Shown here piece by piece: positions 23,237 through 34,795 of a DNA stretch of 64,000 nucleotides. Both the position numbers and the translations under genes were made by a program. The DNA is from Octopus bimaculoides (Eukaryota): NCBI RefSeq assembly GCF_001194135.2, contig NC_068981.1:106218545-106282544 (forward strand). The letters run 5' to 3'. The notes under the pieces are model-generated. The model had not been told where the DNA came from, did not search any database, and saw only the letters and a list, made by a program, of their open reading frames with translations. Each line of letters starts with the position of its first letter. The stretch's first letter is position 1.

Positions 23237-23440
23237 TCTTTTATTCTTTTACTTGTTTCAGTCATTTGATGATAGTCATGCTGGAGCACTACCCTTTTGA
23301 AGAAATTGATCCTGGACTTATTCCCTGTAAGCCTGGTGCTTATTTTATCAGTCTCTTCTGCTGAACAGCTAAGTTACTGGGATGCAAACACACCAACATC
23401 TGTTGTCAAGTAATGGTGATAGGGGTACAAACACACACAA
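23237..23440 (-). mobile_element. SINE family B 3' part
   Basis: cttgtttcagtcatttga...catgctggagcac...ttgtcaag matches the family B 3' half. Confidence 0.75.
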
Positions 23441-23461
23441 AAACATACACACATACATACA

Positions 23462-23848
23462 TGTTGTTGGCACTCCGTTGCTTACGATGTCGAGGGTTCC
23501 AGTTGATCCGATCAACGGAACACCCTGCTCGTGAAATTAACATGCAAGTGGCTGAGCACTCCACAGACACGTGTACCCTTAACGTAGTTCTCGGAGATAT
23601 TCAGCGTGAAACAGTGTGACAAGGCTGACCCTTTGAATTACAGACACAACAGAAACAGGAAGTAAGAGTGAAAGAAAATTGTGGTGAAAGAGTACAGCAG
23701 GGTTCGCCACCATCCCCTGCCAGAGCCTCGTGGAGCTTTTTAGGTGTTTTCACTCAATAAACACTCACAACGCCCGGTCTGGGAATCGAAACCACGATCC
23801 TATGACCGCGAGTCCGCTGCCCTAACCACTGGGCCATTGCGCCTCCAC
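23462..23848 (-). mobile_element. Well-preserved tRNA-derived SINE (different family)
   Basis: Reverse-complement head gtggaggcgcaatggcccagtggttagggcagcggactcgcggtcataggatcgtggtttcgattccc with Pol III A and B boxes; CpGs retained. Confidence 0.85.
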
Positions 23849-23900
<52 letters not shown>

Positions 23901-24214
23901 CTATGATGGGCTTGGAAGTGGTGGTGATGTTGGCTGGTGCAATTTTGTGGTTTGCTGGTATGTTGAGAGAGATCCAACTCTGTTTCTCATATATTCTAAG
24001 TACAGCTGCCTTTGCTCTTGACTCATGTGTTCTCGATTCTGTTGATCTCTGTCTCTCTTATTTTGAAAATACACTTCTCTTTGGTCCTGGATCATTTGTT
24101 CTATCCTTTGCTGATTTCTTTCCCTCCTATGCTGTAGGATACACTCCCTCTCCTCTTGGCTTAATTCATTCTTCTCTGTCTCATCCTCGCGTGATTTTGA
24201 TTCCTTATTTCATT
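23901..24214 (-). pseudogene. Decayed coding fragment with 23-aa repeats (STPR-like, possibly a Helitron N-terminus)
   Basis: LSQEERECILQHRRERNQQRIEQ / MIQDQREVYFQNKRDRDQQNREH / MSQEQRQLYLEYMRNR; one frameshift and upstream stops. Confidence 0.5.
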
Positions 24215-24389
24215 GTGAGTAGTACCTCAACATGGCTGAACAACCAATCCCACCCAGTTGAGGTTCATAAAATGTGTTGTACTATTCATCCTTTCAATTG
24301 TTGAATCCAAAATGTGGCTCACAAGACCTCTGTTTGGGTGATTTTCCTGAGTTATCATCTCACCTTTATATGCCAATCCATCACAAAAT

Positions 24390-24532
24390 TACTCATTTAC
24401 AGCTGACTGGACTAGAGCAATGTGAAATGAGGTGTCATGCTCAAGAACACAACACACAACTGGTCTCTTGAATTGAAACAATGATCTTGCAATTGTGAGT
24501 GCAACATCCTAAACACAAGGCTACACCTTCAC
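24390..24532 (-). mobile_element. Old tRNA-derived SINE fragment
   Basis: tttacagctgactggactagagcaatgtgaaat...tgctcaagaacacaac...gaattgaa...cctaaacac. Confidence 0.55.
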
Positions 24533-25088
24533 TAGTTGTGCTTATATTCTTCTTACCTTGCATCACACTGATTCTGAAAGAGAGAGAGNNNNNNNNNNNN
24601 NNNNNNNNNNNNNNNNNNNNNNNNNNNNNNNNNNNNNNNNNNNNNNNNNNNNNNNNNGGGGGGGGGGGGGAGAAAAGCAGGCTGATCTCAGTACTTGACT
24701 GATACTTCATTTCATTAACCTAGAAAAATAAAAGGTGAAATTGACAGTTGGGGTGATTTGCACTCAGAATGCAGAGAACTGGAACATATATTGTCCAGTT
24801 CTTGTGATTCTACATTTTGATTCTACATTTTGATTCTACAATGGAATGTCAATTCCATTACAAAAAGAAATGAAGAAATTGTATATTCAAGTGTGATATT
24901 TATTTTCAGCGCCTGCCAGTTGGGGACAAAATTCTAAGAAGTAAACTGTATAAATAATTGTTTCACTCTCCTCAGAGTGAAAGGCAGACTGTATGATATC
25001 TGTAAACAGACAGCAAAACATGGGCTGTGACTGCAGCAAAACATGGCAGCAAAACATGGCAGCAAAACATGGGCTGTGACTGCAGAGG

Positions 25089-25205
25089 ACATGCAAAGCT
25101 TGAAAGAAATGAAGCCAGCATGCTCTGCTGGATATGCACTGTCAGTGAGCATGTACAACAAAGCGTAAATGTTTCAAGGGAAAAATTAGGTATAAGAGGC
25201 ATCAT
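25089..25205 (+). mobile_element. RTE LINE fragment
   Basis: AKLERNEASMLCWICTVSEHVQQSVNVSREKLGIRGI aligns with 16520-16640. Confidence 0.75.
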
Positions 25206-25269
25206 TTTACCTATGTATTTGCCTTCTTCCCAGTTCTGCTTTCCATTTTTGTATGTCCTCAAATACACC

Positions 25270-27799
25270 TTACCACCAACTTTAAAAAATCTTGCTATGT
25301 CTTCCCTGGCACTTTTTCTTTTCTTGCCAGGTAGTAATTTATCAAAAACTGACTTACTTCTCTTGCAAACATCAGCTCCACTGGTGAGCTACTTGCTAGT
25401 GTATTCAGGTTTGGTGTTACATGGTACACTCTTAAAAATTGTTGAAGAGTTACCTCATCCATGCTTTCCTTGTTTGCTTTTCTTAAAGCTCTTTTGAAGG
25501 TATCAACAAAGTGTTCTGCCTGTCCATTAGATCTGGGATAGTATGGCGCCATAGTTATATGTTCTACTGTGGACATTTCACAAATTTTTTGAAATTTGCT
25601 AGACACAAATTGTGTTCCATTATCATCAATTACTTGTCCTAAGTATTTGATTTTTTTTTTTCTTTCAGCAAGAATTCCCACTTTACCTCCACACCAAAAG
25701 GAAACTGCTTAAATTTACTGTAAGTCATGGTGTGTGTTAATTTTTAACAAATGTGAGTACGTGCAACTAAAAAAATCATTCACTCTTATTGAAAAAATGT
25801 GTACAAACTCTTTGTTTGTCATTCTTCTTTTTCATGTAAACCATCAGTGTTGCCCAGTCTGTGTGGTCGTTCTTTTCAATTATACCAAAATTTTCCAGTT
25901 CTTTGCTAACCTGGTCAATTGCTGCAAATGGTACATTTCTTTTTGGCCTACATATAGGTATTTCATGTTTTACTGCAATTTTTTGTTTTAGTCCTTCAGC
26001 CTCATTTGAGCCTTCGACTAAGGCAACTAATTTCTACACAAAACACTTATGGGTGTATTCCATAAATCAAATAGTTGTATCCACTTTGTGCCAAATAAAT
26101 CAAGTGAATGTTTTAATACATATATCTTAGCCTTTTTTGTTTGACTTTGAAATGTTACATTACATATAATTTCACCGATAAAATAATCTTTTTCCCATAA
26201 CACCATGTGCTACCTTTTTAGATTTAATTAATTTCAGCTTACTGACATACTTCCATGTTTTTTCATTTTTAATAATAATGCCACTACCCATGTCCAACTG
26301 CATTTTAACAGTTGTATTTCTGATTTTCACCTTCATGAATTTTCTCATCATTATTTTTCTATTTCTTCTGATGATATACTATTTATTCTTTTATCTTTTT
26401 CCTGATGTTTTATCATCTTCATTCTACAATGTGATTTTATGTGTCCTATATTTACACAATGAAAACACTTCGCTTTTTTAAATGGGCAATTTTTCCTCAG
26501 GTGCATACCACCACATGCAAAACATGGGTTTATATCCTGATGTTTGTCGTGTTTTTTTAGTCTATTCAGACTATTCTGCACTGGCTTTACCAGGAAACAA
26601 TCTTTATGTTCAATTTCCTCTGTGTTGTGTCTTAATTTAAGTATCCTTTTACATTCTTCAGACACTTTTTGCAGGATTACAGCGTAGCTATGCTCCAGTT
26701 TTGCAAGAATTCTAGTTCTGACTTCTGCGTGCTTTTCGGCAGTTAGTCCCTGTGTAAAAATCAGGCATTTGAACATATCTGGAGTTAATTAATCCAGCTT
26801 AAACTTCTCTACCAGTATATGTGATGTAGCCCTCATTATTCTACCAGTATATGTTTACTCTACCAGTATATGTTTACTCTACCAGTATATGCAATGTAGC
26901 CCACATTACTATTTTTCTCTATGTTCAGACACTTACACCATGTGTTGTACAAGGAGCTTTTTTCTCTGAAAATCTTACTCAATATATCTATTGTGTCATT
27001 AAACTTTACATCAGATGGTTTTCTTGGGAGTACAAAATTACTGTATTGTTCATGTTCTGTTGGTACCAGTTTTCTTCAGATTAAGTGAGTTTTTATCACA
27101 TCACCTCAGTCTTTACATTCTCAAAGATTTGCTCATATCTTCTGTAGTATCCTTTGAAGGGGACTCCTTTATCAGGTTTGTATTTGAATTCAGTTATTGA
27201 ATTCACAACATAGTCTGGCAAGAACACTTTTTCTGGCTTTCCTGATGACCTCAGTAATTGCAGCATTTGTTGCTGTAATATTAATTGTTGTTGTTGTTGT
27301 TGCTGCTCTTGCAGTTGTATCTGCTGTTGTTGTTCTTTCAACTGTTGTTGTTGCTGTTTTTGCAACTCAAGCAAACCAGCCAACAAATCTTCCATGATTT
27401 TACGATTTTTCATAAAATTTACACAACAAAAACTCCTCTAGGAGTTTCAATTGACTCCATGTGAATTGGTTTATCCTCATCACCACTGTTATAAAGTGGT
27501 CTTTTACCACTGTTTCATCTGTCTTTGTATGATAGTTTTTGCTCTGACAGATATTGTTATATTCCGAAGTCGTCAATAGAATATTTCTTTCTGGCACTGT
27601 ATGATCCCCAGTAGTACAATGTTATTATCCTCAAAAATTTGGATCATTATAACATCCACTCAGTATTACAGTATAATTACTATATCAGCACAAACATTAC
27701 TATCAACACAGTTTACACATACTCTTGTACTCTATGTACTCTCTCAATACTGGCCGACATCACCTTATTTATAGTGACTGTTTCATTCCACTCATCACA
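25270..27799 (-). mobile_element. Internally deleted Ty3/Gypsy LTR retrotransposon
   Basis: Gag with poly-Q and CCHC knuckles (CFACGGMH...CFHCVNIGHIKSHC), RT start (RPKRNVPFAA...DWA), RT IKYLGQVID fused to integrase DNGTQF...PRSNGQAE. A putative 5' LTR at about 27556-27799 is tentative; no 3' LTR found. Confidence 0.85.
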
Positions 27800-27844
27800 T
27801 GGGAGGGGTGTATTATTATTTCTAATTCCCTACAACACTTCTAC

Positions 27845-27893
27845 TTTAGCCTTTATGAGTGGGTTTGGTAGACAGAAACTGAAAGAAGCCTGT

Positions 27894-27935
<42 letters not shown>

Positions 27936-28080
27936 TGTGTTTGTCCTCCCACCATCACTTTTCAATTGATCTTGATGTGTTTATGTCCCCATAACTTAGC
28001 TGTTCAGCAAAAAAATCCAATAGAATAAGTACCAGGCTTATAAAGAATAAGTCCTGGGTCAATTTCTTCAGATAAAAAAG
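27845..28080 (+). mobile_element. SINE family B fragment
   Basis: gtgggtttggtagacagaaactgaaagaagcc...tagaataagtaccagg. Confidence 0.75.
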
Positions 28081-28316
28081 AATATAAGATTAAGATTAAT
28101 GTAATATAAAGCTGAAGCAAATTAACACCANNNNNNNNNNNNNNNNNNNNNNNNNNNNNNNNNNNNNNNNNNNNNNNNNNNNNNNNNNNNNNNNNNNNNN
28201 NNNNNNNNNNNNNNNNNNNNNNNNNNNNNNNNNNNNNNNNNNNNNNNNNNNNNNNNNNNNNNNNNNNNNNNNNNNNNNNNNNNNNNNNNNNNNNNNNNNN
28301 NNNNNNNNNNNNNNNN

Positions 28317-28352
<36 letters not shown>

Positions 28353-28374
28353 CATATAATGAACATATATACAA

Positions 28375-28470
28375 AAAGCTGCTTTCAGTTTCTGTCCATC
28401 AAATCCACCCAGGGCTTTGGTTGACCTGAGATTATAGTAGAAGACACTTGCTGAAGTACAATGTGCTAGT
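28375..28470 (-). mobile_element. SINE family B fragment
   Basis: ctttcagtttc...ggctttgg...tatagtagaagacacttgc. Confidence 0.65.
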
Positions 28471-28949
28471 GTGAACTTCTCTTAACAAGTGACTTGACTT
28501 ATACTAACTTCTCTTCACTACATTTAGTTTAGCGTCCCCTGTTTTATTCTGACACTACACTTCACTCTCCCCTTTTACATTCCTGACCTCTCCTACTAAT
28601 GGTGTTACCCTATTGTCTCTCTTTATTAGACTTGCAGGGAAGCAAGGTTCTTAAACACCCAACCATGCCTGTACATATTAAATAAATCATTTGAAAATAA
28701 TAACCAAATAAACAATCAAATGGCACTAGTTTATTTTATATGTCCCTTGATGTTTCTTTACCATTCGTTCTGGATTCCCCTTTGGATGAGACTTTGCTGC
28801 CTATATTTGGTTCATTTGAACCAAGTAGAAAAATGCATTTATAAATGTATCAAGAGTTGCTTGCATCCACAATAGTCTTTTCTATATAACTTTCATGATA
28901 ACAGTCATGAGATACATTTAGATCTTTATCTACTTTTCTACTCCTCTTG

Positions 28950-29914
28950 AAATTTAAATCCTGCAACTTGAATGTTTCAGTTAGTTTTTGAATGTGTGTA
29001 AAAATTCAGTCGAGCTCTTTAAGATTGAAAGAATAAACAGGAGTTTCCATTGTGAGAGCCTCTTCAGTCCATTCATCATGCTTTTTAAACTTCAATGTGA
29101 TCTTCAGCTGTGAGTTCATTTATTGTCTGATTGAAAGATTATTTATGTCATTCATAGAAATAACTAAAGCGTAATTTATAACCATTATCAGTGATTGTTA
29201 CTGTTGCATTTCAAACAATTTCTTCTGGTTCTTTATACCTGTCAAAACTGCAATAAATCGACAAAGATTTTTGCATATGTTTTTCCTTTCATTCTTTGTA
29301 ACTTTGTTCTGAGCTCCTTTTATTATTTTAGCTGCAAGCAAAACATTGAATAATTTCCAGAGTTTTAGTGTTGGGCATCCTTCCTTATTAAATAACATTC
29401 ATGATCAAATGTACACTGAAGATGATATACTTTAAGTACTGCAGTAACACCATGATCTGTTGGTTATGAAAGTAGCATTGTATTTGACAGCATAAGCAGT
29501 ATTCAGACATCTTGGTGGTGATGAAGACAATGTGAAACATTTAGAAGACAATCTTCATATTTTTCACAAGGTGATGAAAAAAAAAAAAAAACAACCTTTA
29601 AACAGTGAAGCAGTAACTCAAGTGTTTATATTTGCTTTCAATATGACTAGAAATGTAGATATTTATAAGGCTTTTAGATGCCCTTGGATTTTTGGCAGAC
29701 GGCATAAACATGGGCCTCAACAATCTTTAATTACTGCTAAACAATAACTGGTCTTTAGTTACTTTAAAATCTGGCATCAATTACTCTTCTTTTGCAATAT
29801 AGTTTCTCACTGGTGGGCACTTTTGAAATTAGCCCATTTCATCTACATTGAAAATTTGAGAGGATGTATAATCTTCTTTTAATATAATATTCTTTTAATA
29901 TTTCCTCTATTTTA
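28950..29914 (-). mobile_element. Old Tigger/pogo transposase fossil
   Basis: Translation EDYTSSQIFNVDEMG*FQK...RNYIAKEE*LMPDFKVTKDQL matches pogo/Tigger QIFNVDETG...KDRL. Left boundary uncertain. Confidence 0.7.
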
Positions 29915-30055
29915 GGCTGTGAGCTGGCAGAATCATTAGCACACTGGGCAAAATGTCTAGTGCCATTTTGTCCATCTTCGTGCTCTGAGTTCAAATTTTG
30001 CCAAGGTCAACTTTGTCTTTCATCCTTTTGGGACACTTGATAAAATAAGTGCCAA
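29915..30055 (+). mobile_element. SINE family D/A, inserted at the edge of the Tigger fossil
   Basis: gagctggcagaatcattagcac...ctgagttcaaatt...gataaaataagt. Confidence 0.75.
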
Positions 30056-30171
30056 CAAAACTGTCCGATGAATGGGAACATGAAACTCTGAGTAACAATT
30101 TTTTGTTATATTTCTGCTGCTTTTAAATAAAGTTTATATATATATATATAGCACGGAAGGCGGACATTATA

Positions 30172-31456
30172 CAGGGTGCAATGGGTAAATTGTCGCCATT
30201 TTATATTTTCAATTTCACACATGCGCATTGTTTTTCTTTGATTTTGTTGACTACATAGTATAGTAGGGTCAGTTGGGCACCATCTATGAGAAAAATAGCA
30301 TCACGACGCGATTTAGTCGGCCAGAAATTTGAAAACAACATGATGTACTGCTTAGCATTCACGCCAGAAGCTCCAACATGAACATTTGAGAGTGTTTGGG
30401 TGTCAATCTGAGGACAGTGCAGAGGATTTGAAAAGAGTTGGATGAGTCTAATGGAGATTACGAAGGTATGGCAGCTCGGGAAACTTGCTCTGATAGTTCT
30501 GATAAGAAAAGAACTTGTGAATTTGTTGGTGAGATTCAGGCCATGATTGACAACAGTCCTCTAAGTTAATCAGGTCCATCACCAGGGCCATGGGTCTGAG
30601 TTTCTTTTCAGGCAGGTAGTACATGACGACTTTCAGTATTCCTCATACATGATGAGAAAGGGCCAATTTTTATCTCAAGCCATCAAGGACAAGAGGAAAG
30701 ACTGTTCTATGAAGCTTTTGAACAAACCCAAGCATCCCCTCCAACTGAACATGTTCTGGTTTTTCTCAGACGAGATAAATTTCTGCCAGGAGCAGATGGT
30801 GAACACACAGAACAACCATTGGCTTGCTGTGTCCCCAAGACATGTACCAAGAGTGATAAAAATCAAACATCCAGTCAACATCATGGTGTTTGGAGTGATC
30901 ACTAGTGATGGTGACGTTATACCTCCATTCGTCTTCTCACATGGTCTCAGACTCAACATGAAGGCCTACATCAAGTGCCTGGAGGAAGTAGTGCTGCCCT
31001 GGGTCAAGATGGTGGCTGCTGGAAGACCCTATGTCTGGCAACAGGACTCTGCACTATGTCACACAAACAGGATAACCCATTCACGGCTGTCAGACAATTT
31101 CTGAAACCACATCACCTCTAACATCTGGCCACCTAATTCCTCAGACTGCAACCCCCTTGATTATTATGTGTGGGGTGCAGTTGAACAAAAGACCAACAAA
31201 ACTCCTCGTAACACCAAAGATGAACTGAAGGCAAGGATTATGGCAGTATTCAATAACTTAAACAAGGAGACCGCCCAGAAGAGTTGCAGGAGATTCTGAA
31301 GTCTGAAGTCGCCAATGGCGATTTTATTTAATGAATTTACGCTCTAGAATTTCAAAATATTTTTATGTAATTTTGGTATATATATCTGTTAAAATGTGAT
31401 GTTAGTGATGTTTTCATTTTTGCTTAATTTAGACAACAATATATTCACCGCAGCTG
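30172..31456 (+). mobile_element. Tc1/mariner-superfamily DD37D (maT-like) transposon, decayed
   Basis: FSDE...QQDS...NPLDYYVWG with 37 residues between D2 and D3 (one stop codon); TA-flanked imperfect TIRs. Confidence 0.85.
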
Positions 31457-31489
<33 letters not shown>

Positions 31490-31491
<2 letters not shown>

Positions 31492-32097
31492 TCTTTTATT
31501 TGTTTTAGTCATTTGACTGTAGCCATGCTGGAGCACTGCCTTTAGCTGAATAAATCAACCCCAGGACTTATTCTTTGTAAACCTAGTACTTATTCTATTG
31601 TCGCTTATGCTGAACTGCTAAGTTACGGGTACGTAAACACACCAACATTGGTTGTCAAGCAATAGGGGGGGGGGACAAATACAGACAAACATGTATATAT
31701 GTCAACATATATATATACAGCAGGCTTCTTTCTGTTTCCATTTGCCAAATCCTCTCACAAGGCTTTGATTGGCCTGAGTGCCATGCAGTGGGACTGAACC
31801 TGGAACCATGTAGTTGGGAACGAAGCTTCTTATTTCTTTACTGCCCACAAGGGGCTAAACATAGAGGGGACAAACAAGGACAGACAAACGGATTAAGTTG
31901 ATTACATCGACTCCAGTGTGTAACTGGTACTTAATTTATCGACCCCGAAAGGATGAAAGGCAAAGTCAACCTTGGCGGAATTTGAACTCAGAACGTAACG
32001 GCAGACGAAATACCGCTAAGCATTTCACCCGGTGTGCTAACGTTTCTGCCAGCTCGCCGCCTTGGAAGCTTCTTACTACACAGCCACTCCTGCACCT
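31490..32097 (-). mobile_element. SINE family B interrupted by a nested SINE
   Basis: Family B body at 31490-31832 resumes at 32065-32097. Confidence 0.8.
31833..32061 (-). mobile_element. Young SINE family A nested in SINE B with an 11-bp TSD
   Basis: Reverse-complement head ggcgagctggcagaaacgttagc; GAAGCTTCTTA duplicated at 31822-31832 and 32065-32075. Confidence 0.88.
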
Positions 32098-32110
32098 ATA
32101 TATATTTACA

Positions 32111-32152
<42 letters not shown>

Positions 32153-32160
32153 GACTGCAA

Positions 32161-33052
32161 TTTCAAGTAAATATTGGTGCATTGTTATACCACCATTCTA
32201 TATTTAAATTTATACTTTAACCATATGGTGCTTTATTTTACTAGAAAACAATATTCCTGTATTGCATTTTTAAAAAATTTTCTTTGGAAACTTTTTCACT
32301 TTTTTGTTTCTGTTAGCAGTTAGGCATTCAAGTGAGTATACTGACATTGATGTGACAATCTGTTCTGGTAAATCTAGCTGAAGAGAACTAATCAAGTTTA
32401 TGTGAACAAACATATCTTGAAGAGTTTGAAACTTAGGTCCTAGATTATCCACATCTGGGTTGGCCATTTATCTGATGTTCTTCATACAGGTAAGATGAAA
32501 TTTCTTATGTTCACTGCCTGCACTTATCTTTGCCAGTATATACGGTGAAGCTTTATTATAGCATAATATATTATTGACTACTATTTCCAGTAAATATTGG
32601 TGCATTGTTGTACCACTATTCTATATCTATATTTATATTTTAACCATATGGTGCTTTATTTTACTGGAAAACAGTACTCTTGTATTGCACTATTCAAAAT
32701 TTTTTCTTTGAAAACTTTTTCACTGTTCTTGCTTTTGTTAGCAACTAGGTGTTCAAGTGAGTATACTGGCACTGATGAGGCAACATCTGAAATTTTTTTC
32801 TGGTAAATCTAGCTGAAAAGAACTAACCAAGTTTACATTAACAGATGTATCTTGAAGAGTTTGAAACCTAGGTACTAGATTATCCACATTTGGGTTGGAT
32901 ATTTATCTGATGTTCTTCATACAGGTAAGATGAAATTTCTTATGTTTGCTGCCTGCACACATCTTTGCCAGTGTATACGGTGAAGCTTTATTATAGCATC
33001 TTATATTATTGACTGCTATTTCCAGTAAATATTGGTATATTGTTGTACCACT

Positions 33053-33057
<5 letters not shown>
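32161..33057. repeat. Diverged tandem duplication: two ~430-bp units plus the start of a third
   Basis: cagtaaatattgg...gctttattatagcat repeated at about 32161, 32586 and 33020. Confidence 0.88.
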
Positions 33058-33096
<39 letters not shown>

Positions 33097-33106
33097 NNNN
33101 NNNNNN

Positions 33107-33129
<23 letters not shown>

Positions 33130-33146
<17 letters not shown>

Positions 33147-33530
33147 CCATGCATTTCTTGTTGTAAATGTTTCTTTGCAGTTGTTATTATTGTTATTGTT
33201 ATCATGAAGCATCTTAAAAATAGATAAAGTTTCACCACAGCTCACATAATAGGCATGTTTAGTCATAATATTTGAGATCAGTTACTGAAGTTGACAAAAG
33301 CTTTTCTCTTTGAGGAATAAAGTTGATCATTTCTTTATTGCATACTTTTGAAGATTGCAAGTAGTGTGCACTTTTAATTCCATTCTGATGTTTTTCTTCA
33401 TCCATTAAAATTGTAGATACAATTAATTGACCCAAAGAAAAATTTTGAAGTTAAATCTTTAATGGCCTTTCTAGCTTTGTGTTGTTCATTTATGATCTTG
33501 TATTTTGTTTGTAAAGTTGTTTTCTGTTTC
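33130..33530 (-). mobile_element. Tigger-like transposase N-terminal fossil
   Basis: KTTLQTKYKII...IVSTILMDEEK...EKLL...ETFTTRNAW resembles HTH-psq plus CENP-B DNA-binding domain. Confidence 0.5.
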
Positions 33531-33914
33531 TGTATATTATCAATTGACTGCCATACTTTTCTTTCAGTCTGGTACATTGAAAGGATGAATTAATTCAAAA
33601 GTTTTAAAACAAAAGAGCAGCATTAAGATTCATGCTTGCACAAGTCAATATGCTAACTGAATAACTGAATGAATAAACAAATACGTATGCACATGATCAA
33701 TGTGTAATGCAGTAATTGAACTTTAAAAGCAATCAAGATGAATGTCTAACATTTATTTGGCACAATTAACTATTAAATGTTTATTTTATAATTTGATTAA
33801 AAAAATATCAATAAAATGGAAAATCAATAAACGAGGTATTGCTTCATAGATATTATTGTAGATTATTAATTATTATGCAGGAATAGTGTTACTATTTTGT
33901 TATGAAGAGTTCCA

Positions 33915-34132
33915 AATAATCCCTTCTACTATAGGCACAAAGTCTGAAAAGTTTTGGGGAAGGGCTGTTGATTACATCAACTCCAGTGCATAAGTGGTAC
34001 TTGTTTATCAAGTCCGAAAAGATGAAACACAAAGTCAAACTTAGGAAAATTTGAACTCAGAACATAAAAAGCTGGAAGAAATGTTGCTAAGCATTTCACT
34101 GGTGTGTTAACGATTCTGCCAGCTCACTGCCT
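33915..34132 (-). mobile_element. SINE family D
   Basis: aataatcccttctactataggcac...atttgaactcagaac...ctgccagctcactgcc. Confidence 0.8.
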
Positions 34133-34795
34133 TTGAGTCCTTAGTAATAATACTTAATGTTCATGTTACATTAATAAATGAGAGTTGCTGCATTTATATA
34201 TCTGCTGTTAAGTTAGTGTGTATCAAGATTAAACCAGATTGGTTTAATTAAATGCAAATTATTTCTGTTGCAAAACCACATGAAAACATTTGATCACGGC
34301 TGAAACCCCCTTCCACACACACCTGAAACTCCATTACACAAATAAATCTAAGTTGGACATAAATTTAGCCTGCCTGCTGGTTTTCCTTCTCTTTTATTTT
34401 ATCTGATCTCACTTCTTACCCTTCCAATGTTTAATGCTTAATCACTTAATTCTCCTTTTCATCCCTCTTCTTTCTTTCACTCCTTCTTTCTTTCTACTTT
34501 TCTTGGAAAAAGATTTATATTTAGTATTCACGCAGAATGTTGTTGTAATTGTTGGGAACATGATAGCATGGATTGAAATAGGATTAAGTCTATAAATTTA
34601 ATAAAATTATCTAAAACTCTACTACTTGAAATATTTGCTCCTGAACTACCTGGTCTTGAGTTCAGTTCCACTGCACATCACCTTATGTTAGAATAATGTA
34701 CAATAGCCGTGAGCAGGCCAAGGTCTTATAAGTGAATATTGTAGATGAAAACTGAAAGAAGCTCGTCTGTCTGTCTGTTTCCTTTTATATATATA

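Noticed and set aside
23760-23848. tRNA gene
   Set aside because: The tRNA-like sequence is the head of a SINE, continuing into the SINE body without a complete acceptor stem.
23744-24304. 186-aa plus-strand ORF
   Set aside because: Starts in a SINE, crosses a (CA)n repeat, and is the antisense shadow of the 23-aa repeat frame.
25008-25086. CRISPR-like short repeats (gcaaaacatgg units)
   Set aside because: Simple tandem repeat with no unique spacers, in eukaryotic DNA.
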